From a virus, in IMG/VR virus record IMGVR_UViG_3300032323_003835, positions 32,001-96,000 of that record: 64,000 nt of DNA, one strand, 5' to 3'. Shown piece by piece: positions 56,190 through 64,000 of this stretch. The stretch's first letter is position 1. Each line of letters begins with the position of its first letter. The notes under the pieces are model-generated. The model was given only the letters and a program-made list of their open reading frames with translations, was not told where the DNA came from and did no database searches. The translations under genes and the position numbers were made by a program.

Positions 56190-56657
56190 CTAGAACAAAA
56201 TACTCAGTGCCTTTGCTGTATCCTTCTCCTGTTGCTGAGGAGTTGGCGTGTCCTGGGGTAGATTTAGATATTCCTTAAGTATACCCCAATCTTTAGATCC
56301 AACATTAGGAATAGTGATTAGCATAGGTAGCATATCTTCGTGGCTACATCTAAGGTAATCTAATTCCTTCTCCCTCATATAACCAATAATAAATGCCGAT
56401 ATCTTTTCACTTAGGCAGTTGTCGATTGAGAACTTAGCTCCATAATGATGTTTCCAAAAATCCTCTCTCTTATCAGAGGAGTGTAGTTTTAGTCCTAACG
56501 TGGATGCTACCTTGCTTATCTGTTTACTGGTTGTCCTAGAATACTTACCTCTTGCTTGGATGTGACCGTCTTTGATATCAGCAACATGTGTTTCATAACT
56601 GATAACCTTATTACCTTGTAGGAATATGTTGTTACCTAATTTAAAATTTAGTTGCAT
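56190..56657 (-). CDS. Hypothetical protein
   Basis: SYETHVA...GKYSRTTSKQI. Confidence 0.7.
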   Translation of the reverse strand: MQLNFKLGNNIFLQGNKVISYETHVADIKDGHIQARGKYSRTTSKQISKVASTLGLKLHSSDKREDFWKHHYGAKFSIDNCLSEKISAFIIGYMREKELDYLRCSHEDMLPMLITIPNVGSKDWGILKEYLNLPQDTPTPQQQEKDTAKALSILF

Positions 56658-56659
56658 GA

Positions 56660-56851
56660 TTAGAAGTTTATCGGGTTAGGATAAGGAGTAGTTGTGGTCA
56701 TCCATTCACAATTTGTTAAAGAGTAATCTAGCATCTCTTCGATGAATTCATGTGCGTCGTCGCTTGGATTCATGTCATGTAAAGATAGGATATCAACCTT
56801 ACCCGTTTCGAAGTTAAGGATAACTGCATACGATGTTTTTTGTGTACTCAT
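56660..56851 (-). CDS. Small hypothetical protein
   Basis: AAACACGACATG leader, promoter 56872-56905. Confidence 0.65.
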   Translation of the reverse strand: MSTQKTSYAVILNFETGKVDILSLHDMNPSDDAHEFIEEMLDYSLTNCEWMTTTTPYPNPINF

Positions 56852-57036
56852 GTCGTGTTTATTTTATGATGTAAATATATGAAAATGAGGCGGAAAGAAA
56901 AAATGTCCTCGGAAGTATTCATGAATGCAGATAGACTGCACACTTAGGAGTGAGGGCGCCCTGACGATAGACCACAGTTTCTATTTGGATTCCTCCACAC
57001 ACAAAAAACCCTTACCATTTCTGATAAGGGATTTTA

Positions 57037-57981
57037 CTATATTTTTTCTAGAACTATTCCTGTTTGGTATAAAGGTATCTGTGATGCGCTTGGGTTCTGT
57101 TTGGGATAGGATAGCATAAAGACTGTTTGGGGTATATGCTTATGTATAAAGGATCCATAATATTTAAGCTCATCGGTTGCCCCTAATATTTCGTCTATTA
57201 CCATCTTGTGCAATAAATATGGTTGTCCCCCTTGTACCATATCTTTAATTAGGATTACCATCTTAGCACCCTTCCCCATAAAAGGTATGCATTGTATATA
57301 CATCGTTCTTATTAAATCCCAAAACTCTTCACCTTTTTGCAATCCAAAGTTTTCGTTATTTTGGTAATTAAAAGTCTTTTCTGTTTTTACTCCATCCTTT
57401 ATTCTTAATGTTCTTTGAGGTGCATCTGATGAATATCCAGACGCCATTCTAGGATATGGGGTACCATTTAACACTAAAGATATCTGTCCATTTTTTATAC
57501 CATTTCTCCCCAATATGTCGGTCAAATTTCTCGCATCACCATTCTCAAATATATTTTTTCCAGTAGCAGGATCTGTCAATCTCTTATATTGGTGTTTTAT
57601 ATTTGCTGATGATATCTGGGGGAATTCAAGTTCGATCCCTATCCCATTTCTCCCGTGATTTATAGATTCGACTATTGCTGTACCCGTTCCTACCGTAGGA
57701 TCAAATACCCAGTCACCCTCTTTGGTGAAATTTTGAATTGCCCATCTATATCCAAGAAAATGCCCAGGTGCAATATGTTTCTCTGCACTTGGATTGTAGT
57801 AATTATTTCTTGCTAATTGGGAATAATATTTATCTATATCGGTATTGTATATTTCACCCAAGAAGTTTGTTCTACAATATTCGCACGTACAGTGATAATC
57901 CTGGGGTATCCTATCTCTAGACAGGAGTATCTCCGTTATATCAACATTACTGTCGTATTGATTTTTTAAATTTTTTAGCAT
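57037..57981 (-). CDS. DNA amino-methyltransferase-like protein (N4C/N6A)
   Basis: VFDPTVGTGT (SAM binding), GIELE, GDAR, NGTPY (variant of the xPPY catalytic motif). Confidence 0.75.
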   Translation of the reverse strand: MLKNLKNQYDSNVDITEILLSRDRIPQDYHCTCEYCRTNFLGEIYNTDIDKYYSQLARNNYYNPSAEKHIAPGHFLGYRWAIQNFTKEGDWVFDPTVGTGTAIVESINHGRNGIGIELEFPQISSANIKHQYKRLTDPATGKNIFENGDARNLTDILGRNGIKNGQISLVLNGTPYPRMASGYSSDAPQRTLRIKDGVKTEKTFNYQNNENFGLQKGEEFWDLIRTMYIQCIPFMGKGAKMVILIKDMVQGGQPYLLHKMVIDEILGATDELKYYGSFIHKHIPQTVFMLSYPKQNPSASQIPLYQTGIVLEKI

Positions 57982-58706
57982 CTTTTTTTGTTAACATTTA
58001 TTATAGATATTAAATCATTTAAGATTTCTTTAGTTCCTGAAAAATTTCTTTTTCTTAATCTTTCTATATTACCAATCACAGTTTCGGGATTGTTGGACTC
58101 GTTTATATATTTTATAATTTCATCCGAATCACACATGTTTAATAATTCAACATTGGCTTTTTTGTAATCATTCTTCCAGTCCCCTATTGATGATTTGAGT
58201 TGAAATTCCTGAAGCCTCGTATTTTCTGTTACTGTAACGACGTTGCATTTTCTCGCTTCATCCATCAGGTTAAAAAATTCCTTCCAAAGCAAAGATGCCC
58301 CATTCTCATGTATATGTGTTAACACCTTGTATTGATTTTCCCTGTGTTCGTCAACACAGAATTTTTTTTCGTCCAATGACATTAACAGAACCCCAGAAGA
58401 GACATAGAATGTTTCTTTATCATCTTCTATATTAACAAACTTTTTTGTTATGTTATGTATATGCTTTTGATATCCCTGTGTAAGATAATGTTCAAAATTG
58501 CCAAGACTAAATGCTAATTTACTTGGTATGTTATTTTTCCAACAGTATTCCCACTTGTCTTCTTTTAATTCTATAAAGAGAGATTTTATTTGTTGAGTTT
58601 TTAAAACGGGAAATCTGGGATCCTGATAATCCGCAAATTTATTAGATTCTTCTTCTGTACCAAAAATAAATTCGATAAAGTCTTTTGAAATTGATTGATT
58701 TTTCAT
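57975..58706 (-). CDS. Hypothetical protein coupled to the MTase
   Basis: Overlapping stop/start; promoter 58730-58763. Confidence 0.7.
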   Translation of the reverse strand: MKNQSISKDFIEFIFGTEEESNKFADYQDPRFPVLKTQQIKSLFIELKEDKWEYCWKNNIPSKLAFSLGNFEHYLTQGYQKHIHNITKKFVNIEDDKETFYVSSGVLLMSLDEKKFCVDEHRENQYKVLTHIHENGASLLWKEFFNLMDEARKCNVVTVTENTRLQEFQLKSSIGDWKNDYKKANVELLNMCDSDEIIKYINESNNPETVIGNIERLRKRNFSGTKEILNDLISIINVNKKRC

Positions 58707-58933
58707 GTCGTGTGTTTTTAATTATGATGTAAATATATGAAAACGGGGCGTAATAAAAAAATGTCCTCAGGATTTATAGAACCCATACCAATGTTTCCAA
58801 GAATTGATTCAGCCGTTAGTCAGGGCGCCCTCACCACACTATACGCTTTCCCTATGGAGGAAGAAACCTCCACACACAAAAAAGGCCAGACTAATCTGAC
58901 CTTCCCTGTTTACTTACTAACACCTAACCTTCC

Positions 58934-59221
58934 TTATACCTCAACAACCTCTGGTTGTGAAATTTTGTATTCTTTTTTAACCTTTGGCTTTTCTTCGTAT
59001 CCTAAACCGGTGATACACTTATCCATACAACCTACGATTAAATCTGGAGAGATAATATGTCTTTCGTATTTCTTAGGATTTACTACGATATCCTGTTTCG
59101 TGATTTCACAAATATGTAAAATCCTTTCTCTTACAATTGTTAACTCTAATGGGCTTAATTCTTTTATTAGATTTCTAATCAGCAACGAAGCTGATTTTCC
59201 TTTCTTAGGTCTTCTTGGCAT
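58934..59221 (-). CDS. Hypothetical protein
   Basis: 95-aa ORF before terminator. Confidence 0.6.
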   Translation of the reverse strand: MPRRPKKGKSASLLIRNLIKELSPLELTIVRERILHICEITKQDIVVNPKKYERHIISPDLIVGCMDKCITGLGYEEKPKVKKEYKISQPEVVEV

Positions 59222-59227
59222 TTCTTT

Positions 59228-59443
59228 TTATTTATTTTGCAAATTTAATACTTCTACTCGAGAATTAATAATGTTCTGACTCGGTTCCCATTTATGCATT
59301 CTCTGAACTAGGAACTCCGCTGATTGTAGATTATCCGCGGGAATTAAAAGTCCTTTACCTACCGCATAATATCCATCATTCAATCTAAGAACTCTTGGCT
59401 CTCCTGAGGTGTCTATACTGATCCCGTCTGAAAATCTTAACAT
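59228..59443 (-). CDS. Hypothetical protein
   Basis: FSDGISIDTSG..R...DGYY.VG.G.LIP. Confidence 0.65.
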   Translation of the reverse strand: MLRFSDGISIDTSGEPRVLRLNDGYYAVGKGLLIPADNLQSAEFLVQRMHKWEPSQNIINSRVEVLNLQNK

Positions 59444-59444
59444 A

Positions 59445-59657
59445 TTAATTTGTTTTAGGAGCGAACATTTTTCGTCCCATGTTTATAAAGTTATCGTACT
59501 CTTCTTCTCCCATCGCGGATTTTAATTCTTCGACATGAGAGTTATGCTCTTTAATTTTTTCGAGAGCATCCAGCCACTTTCCTGATTCTTTTAATTCTTT
59601 TACTTCCCAGTTGGTGTCTAACACCTTCCTGAAGATTAGAGATTGTTCGTTTGTCAT
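59445..59657 (-). CDS. Hypothetical protein (start revised), paralog of 61526-61723
   Basis: MTNEQ..IF..LD...L...MG..Y..F....MFA; promoter upstream. Confidence 0.65.
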   Translation of the reverse strand: MTNEQSLIFRKVLDTNWEVKELKESGKWLDALEKIKEHNSHVEELKSAMGEEEYDNFINMGRKMFAPKTN

Positions 59658-59733
59658 CGTTTGATTTATTTTATGATGCAAATGTATAAGGGAAGTGCGG
59701 GTTTTAAAAATGTTTTCCCCGCATTTCCTAGAT

Positions 59734-59961
59734 TTAAACAAATAAAGCCATTTCTCCTGGATCCATACTTTCCAAATCGTTAGATCTGATTTCATCATAG
59801 GTGTAACCATCAATGGTAACTATGGTAACTCGGTCTTCATCTTTTTTGGATACATCCTTGACAAAGCAAGGTGTTCCTATCCAGTGCATCATTTCTCTGC
59901 CGTTTAGTTCCCTGAAGAAATCAAAATTCGGGTTCGTGGTTTGGGGTTTTTTTGGTTTCAT
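59734..59961 (-). CDS. Hypothetical protein
   Basis: 75-aa ORF with promoter-like motif upstream. Confidence 0.55.
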   Translation of the reverse strand: MKPKKPQTTNPNFDFFRELNGREMMHWIGTPCFVKDVSKKDEDRVTIVTIDGYTYDEIRSNDLESMDPGEMALFV

Positions 59962-60211
59962 TGTTAGGTTTTTATCTGTTAGTAAATTATAGTACGAATT
60001 TATAACATTTCCGCGGGAATAAAAAATGTTATTCCCCTACAGGGGGAACATGGGGTACTTCAGGTACATGTGGAACATCTGGTACATACAACCGGTGAGG
60101 GCGCCCTGACGTGTTTTACGCCCAGCGTACATCACTAATTCTAGGGCATAAAAAAACCCCAGACTATAAGTCTGAGGTTTAAAACTAAAAATAAACAAAA
60201 ACTATCTCACA

Positions 60212-60865
60212 TTACCAAAGACCATATGAACTGAATAGGTCTAAATCTTTAATCCATTCGTTTGAACGACGAACTGTTTCTGGTATGTATATTTTTTCAA
60301 AGCAATCTGGGCGTTTATCAACTGCATTAATGACCTGCTGGTTATAACTTAATCCTGGTACTAGAATACCAATTTCTTCCATGAACTTTAGGGATTTGGC
60401 TTCTCTATACTTTTTACATTGAGGACCAATTCCGTTTTCAATACTCTCAGGAACAGTTAGAGGTAATCCACATTTGCAACAAATACCTTGATGGTACATG
60501 CCTAGTTTTCCTCCTCCTTCCAACCTTTCCAAATCACCCCAACTTCTTATTAGCCAATTCATGGTTTGTATTCCAACGTGATCGTTAGCAACATATCCAG
60601 ATGGTTTAAACGTTTTCATCTTTCTATCAACTCGTCCAATGTACTTCAAACCCTGATACTGGTCATTCAGTGCACGTACATGAACATCAAAGAGTCTTGT
60701 CTCTTCGGGTTGGTCTCGCTTTCTTTTAAGTTTCTGAACCTTAAATGTGATGTAGGTTCCTTTCTCTTTGTTCTCAAGCGTAAATAGAGCTTTACCCTGA
60801 AAGATGAACGTCTTGAATGCTGCTGCATCCAACTTGTGGCTTGTCGCGTGTTTTAGATATCCCAT
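60212..60865 (-). CDS. DUF6011-like Zn-finger protein
   Basis: GKALFTL, HQGICCKCGLPLTVPESIENGIGPQC. Confidence 0.7.
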   Translation of the reverse strand: MGYLKHATSHKLDAAAFKTFIFQGKALFTLENKEKGTYITFKVQKLKRKRDQPEETRLFDVHVRALNDQYQGLKYIGRVDRKMKTFKPSGYVANDHVGIQTMNWLIRSWGDLERLEGGGKLGMYHQGICCKCGLPLTVPESIENGIGPQCKKYREAKSLKFMEEIGILVPGLSYNQQVINAVDKRPDCFEKIYIPETVRRSNEWIKDLDLFSSYGLW

Positions 60866-60869
60866 GTTG

Positions 60870-61253
60870 TTATTTTGTGTAATAAGGATCCAAATCTGGG
60901 TTTGGAATCATCTTCCAATTCTTCTCTGCTGCACCCTTTGTGGTTCCATAGGTACCTAGCATTATCTCTGTTGAGCAAGACTTAATCTCTCTCAGTGCAG
61001 CTTCGTAATCTCCTCCTTTAATAAACGATTCAATTACTTCAATCTGTGATTGTGGTATTGCTGCTCTATAAACAACAGCATGTCTTTGCTGATTAGCCTG
61101 AGCACGTAGACACATCGCAAACTGCTTAGAATTCTTCTCTTTCTTATCACTATCATTAAAGAATAGAGCTGCTGAAGCATCGTCTATATCATGTACGAAC
61201 GATTCTACACCGTGACAATCTGCTAATCCGTAAAACCAATGAGTTAATTCCAT
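60870..61253 (-). CDS. Hypothetical protein
   Basis: GLADCHGVESF...LRA.AN.QRHAVVY...W.MIPN..LDPY. Confidence 0.7.
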   Translation of the reverse strand: MELTHWFYGLADCHGVESFVHDIDDASAALFFNDSDKKEKNSKQFAMCLRAQANQQRHAVVYRAAIPQSQIEVIESFIKGGDYEAALREIKSCSTEIMLGTYGTTKGAAEKNWKMIPNPDLDPYYTK

Positions 61254-61525
61254 ATTCTATCTTTTTATAGGATAAAAATAAAGAATTTCCTCGGTGAATA
61301 AAAATGTAATTCGATTTACACCCGTACGCGTGCGGGGTCCTTCCCATATCCCCTTCCTAATATGCAAAGCCAAACCTCCTTTAAATGCAAAGCCATATGC
61401 ACACTGAGTCGGGGCGCCCTCGTGGTGTTTTTCGACAGTCAAGAATCGAAAACCTTAGGGCACGAAAAAGCCCTCCATTGCTGGTAGGGCGATTTCTGCT
61501 AACTGGGGGGAGTCAGCGAAGTGAC

Positions 61526-61723
61526 TTATGAAAACAGAGGAGATACTTTTACCATGAATTTGATGTAGTCCCTGAAGGCCATAGTATTCATGAGCTTATT
61601 CTTTTTCTCTTCTATTTTGTATTGAATGTGTGTTTTCCTATCTTCATCTCTTTCTGTTTTTAGGGAGTAAAACAAATCTAATATGTTATTAAATATTTCT
61701 TGCTGTTCCGAGTTAAGGTTCAT
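61526..61723 (-). CDS. Hypothetical protein, paralog of 59445-59657
   Basis: See paralog. Confidence 0.6.
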   Translation of the reverse strand: MNLNSEQQEIFNNILDLFYSLKTERDEDRKTHIQYKIEEKKNKLMNTMAFRDYIKFMVKVSPLFS

Positions 61724-61770
61724 ACAATTGAATCTAATGATGAAATGATAACTATTATATCTTACACATT

Positions 61771-62097
61771 TTAGATTGTTTCGAATTGGGGTTTGAACTT
61801 TTTAACTTGTCCGTAATCCCTAGCATAAACCATAATACGAATTGCTTTAACGATTGTGGAATCTGCTCTGGAAAAGGCTGCTCCCAATTTATCTTCCAGA
61901 ATTGATTGAACGAATCCTCCACCGATACGATATGCGTGCTGAGTCATGTAGATGGAAGCTACAATATCAGTAACATGGCTAATCTGTGAATCATTAAAAT
62001 CCTCTCGTGAAGGATATGCAAAACCTTTAAAGAAATCATTAACAGTTTCAGCTGCGCTTGTGCGAAAATCTTGTTCATCGAATTTTTGTGTGTTCAT
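61771..62097 (-). CDS. Hypothetical protein
   Basis: GGGFVQSIL...L..AF.RAD; promoter upstream. Confidence 0.7.
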   Translation of the reverse strand: MNTQKFDEQDFRTSAAETVNDFFKGFAYPSREDFNDSQISHVTDIVASIYMTQHAYRIGGGFVQSILEDKLGAAFSRADSTIVKAIRIMVYARDYGQVKKFKPQFETI

Positions 62098-62701
62098 GTC
62101 GTGTATTTTTATTTAAGGTAAATGTAATGATTTTCCGCGCGGATAAAAAATGAGAGGTATAAAAAAACCCAAGCTAATAGCTTGGGTATTTTTTTGAAAA
62201 TGAATTCACACGACTAAATTCACATTCGGTAATTGTTGCTGAAAGAATCCTCATTCGTTAAAGCAGATTACCCTTCATTGTTAGATGGTTACCCATCCTA
62301 TTTTGAAGCTCTTATATTCCTGAAACAACTTGTACCAATAAGATGTTTCTGGGTTGTAAATATTGTTATGATTATGCTCCTTCATTATCTTTTACTGCTT
62401 TCTCTTTGGTTTGTTTCACCGGACGAGTAGCTTCTTTCCAAACACTTTTTGGAACGAATTTGTATCCACGATTCTTAACCATCAATTCAGCTTCGTCATC
62501 ATTTACTCTTCTGATATCATTTGCCTTTTGTACCGTCTTCATACTTCTTTAATTTGATTCTGAGTTTGTGATTTTCTCTACATAATAGTCTGTTACGACA
62601 TTTTAGTTTCATGGTTTCTTTACCAGAAATAACAAGAGAAATCAGAAGAACCAATATTGCAAGGCCGGCGCTGATTATTGGGAAAGCCATCTTTGGGATT
62701 T

Positions 62702-62929
62702 TTATTTAGATACTCTATAATATCCGTCAGGACTCAAGGTACTGTAAATTCGTGTTTCTCCGTCTTCAAAATCAACTATGATGTTATTACCCTGCCACAT
62801 TGCTCTAACTGGCTGACCACTAGTTTCGATACTATAAGGGTTGTACTGGTCGATCCATGGACGGAAACATCTTTGTCCATAAGGGATGTCGATTAGACCG
62901 AACATCCTGGCTTTTTCAAAATTACTCAT
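62702..62929 (-). CDS. Hypothetical protein
   Basis: Coupled small ORF. Confidence 0.55.
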   Translation of the reverse strand: MSNFEKARMFGLIDIPYGQRCFRPWIDQYNPYSIETSGQPVRAMWQGNNIIVDFEDGETRIYSTLSPDGYYRVSK

Positions 62930-63138
62930 ACCATTTGGAATTTGATTTTTTCAATCTCGGAAAGGAGCATATCATACTTCTCCTTCCTGTCCTTGTTCTC
63001 TTCTGTTAATTTTTCGCAAAGAAATTTTGCTTGTGTTTTCGCTGCGTTAAATACCTCTTCAAGGTCTTTCTGAGACACGAGGTCCCATTTAAGACTGTGA
63101 TAGATTTTACGAACTAAATCTAGTGCTTCTTTTTTCAT
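62926..63138 (-). CDS. Hypothetical protein (start revised)
   Basis: ACACGACATG leader and promoter. Confidence 0.6.
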   Translation of the reverse strand: MKKEALDLVRKIYHSLKWDLVSQKDLEEVFNAAKTQAKFLCEKLTEENKDRKEKYDMLLSEIEKIKFQMV

Positions 63139-63190
63139 GTCGTGTGTTTTATGAGGCAAAAGTAATACAGTTTCGGGGTAGCAAAAAATG

Positions 63191-63427
63191 CTAATAGATT
63201 CCGTAATCAACTAACTGACATTCGTGATCTTCTAACTTTCTAAGGTCCTTTAGATGAATCTCTGGAAACATATACCACATTGCTTCGTGGAGAGGTGAAG
63301 GTAATACTGCGGGTTGGATTGATGTGACACTACTAGTCTCCCATACCCTAACAACCGTACCAGCAGGAAATCTGTGTCCTCTGAGATTGATTGTTGATCT
63401 TACAATTGCTAATTTAGTGTTTATCAT
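63191..63427 (-). CDS. Hypothetical protein (start revised)
   Basis: ATG directly after promoter motif. Confidence 0.5.
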   Translation of the reverse strand: MINTKLAIVRSTINLRGHRFPAGTVVRVWETSSVTSIQPAVLPSPLHEAMWYMFPEIHLKDLRKLEDHECQLVDYGIY

Positions 63428-63512
63428 GGTGCAAAAGTAACGATCAGGTGCCGGTAATAAAAATGTAGACAGAAAACATCCGCGGAAGTATCCGCAGTGA
63501 TGGTGAGGGCGC

Positions 63513-63998
63513 CTACTCCTCGGTCCAATGGAGAAACATCTGAACGACGTATTCATCTTCTCCACACACTAAAGGTTCTCTCCAATGTTCCAACGTCCGT
63601 CCAGCAACGAGGTTGCCCTCACCGGTTATCGTACGGAATTCGACATTGCCTTCCTCTCCTTTTACTATCAAAGGCCAATCATGTTTTAAATTAGTGAATA
63701 GACAAACAGAAACTGTCCAATCTAAGCCATCGCGGTCTTTGTGTGGATGAAGTGTTGACTCATTATTGTATATGCGGCAATAGGGATTAGCTTCTTTTAA
63801 TTTTCTACCACTTACTTCAGTTACGAGTGGTGTAAATCTTCTAAGACATTCCCAAGCACCGGGGGTGGATCCACCAAACGAATTCTTGTAATACTTGGTG
63901 TCTTTTTCTTCGACTATGGAACCACTTTTAAGGTGTTCAAAGACTTCCAGAGCAAGGTTCTCGCATTCTTCAGGTGATAGAATGCTTCCTAAATTGAA
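63513..63998 (-). CDS. 2OG-Fe(II) oxygenase, 5'-truncated by window edge (not in ORF track)
   Basis: Manual translation: YCRIY...LHPHKDRDGLDWTVSV...WPL...HWREPL...QMFLHW*. Confidence 0.8.
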   Translation of the reverse strand, partial: FNLGSILSPEECENLALEVFEHLKSGSIVEEKDTKYYKNSFGGSTPGAWECLRRFTPLVTEVSGRKLKEANPYCRIYNNESTLHPHKDRDGLDWTVSVCLFTNLKHDWPLIVKGEEGNVEFRTITGEGNLVAGRTLEHWREPLVCGEDEYVVQMFLHWTEE

Positions 63999-64000
63999 AT

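Larger units (their letters stand above)
48199..63514. repeat. Dispersed palindromic repeat GTGAGGGYRCCCTCAC (partial or full), more than 25 intergenic copies
   Basis: Copies near 48199, 48253, 48372, 48424, 49602, 49659, 50242, 50299, 50667, 51366, 51844, 52435, 52492, 53281, 53338, 53832, 54212, 54529, 54628, 55139, 55630, 55704, 56950, 58821, 60095, 61411, 63503. Confidence 0.9.

Noticed and set aside
48600-63500. Classical integron
   Set aside because: No integrase in the window, no consistent RYYYAAC/GTTRRRY attC ends, and cassettes carry their own promoters
48199-63514. CRISPR array interpretation of the GAGGGCGCCC repeats
   Set aside because: Repeats are short, degenerate and separated by whole genes at irregular spacing; no cas genes in the window
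63611-63624. gttgccctcacc as another palindrome copy
   Set aside because: Lies inside the 2OG oxygenase CDS and is degenerate; may be coincidental
1-64000. Stop-codon reassignment (alternative genetic code)
   Set aside because: Known enzymes are full length under code 11, and TAG and TGA both end plausible genes

Overview
AT-rich, densely coded, almost entirely minus-strand window that reads as part of a large (jumbo/huge) lytic phage of a Bacteroidota host. Support: phage-type bS21, TAnnTTTG (-7) Bacteroidota-type promoters, T4-like RATATATA late-promoter candidates and many small ORFans. No capsid, terminase, polymerase, rRNA, tRNA or CRISPR array is visible, so the phage assignment is an inference. 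Main blocks: (1) 1-10 kb mixed auxiliary genes (GT2, 5'-nucleotidase, kdsB, 2OG oxygenase); (2) 10.2-21.2 kb envelope/secretion-like cluster (CsgG-like protein, two beta-barrel candidates, two lipoproteins with a T9SS-CTD-like fold, C-type-lectin and cohesin/dockerin-like proteins), whose two transcription units each start with a copy of the same apparently structured 120-140 nt leader; (3) 21-47 kb sugar/envelope-modifying enzymes, bS21, peptidoglycan hydrolases, and a family of proteins with an N-terminal MKHLxxF/YE motif, four ending in ADLG(E/D)LGF and three of these with 21-aa LRR-like repeats; (4) a GC-rich repeat-laden non-coding stretch at 47.7-48.6 kb; (5) 48.6-64 kb array of small promoter-ORF-terminator cassettes separated by more than 25 copies of a GTGAGGGYRCCCTCAC-type palindrome and a second CG-rich motif. 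The strongest candidates for undescribed biology are the cassette/palindrome array, the duplicated structured leader and the envelope cluster. All product calls come from motif recognition by eye; no searches were run.
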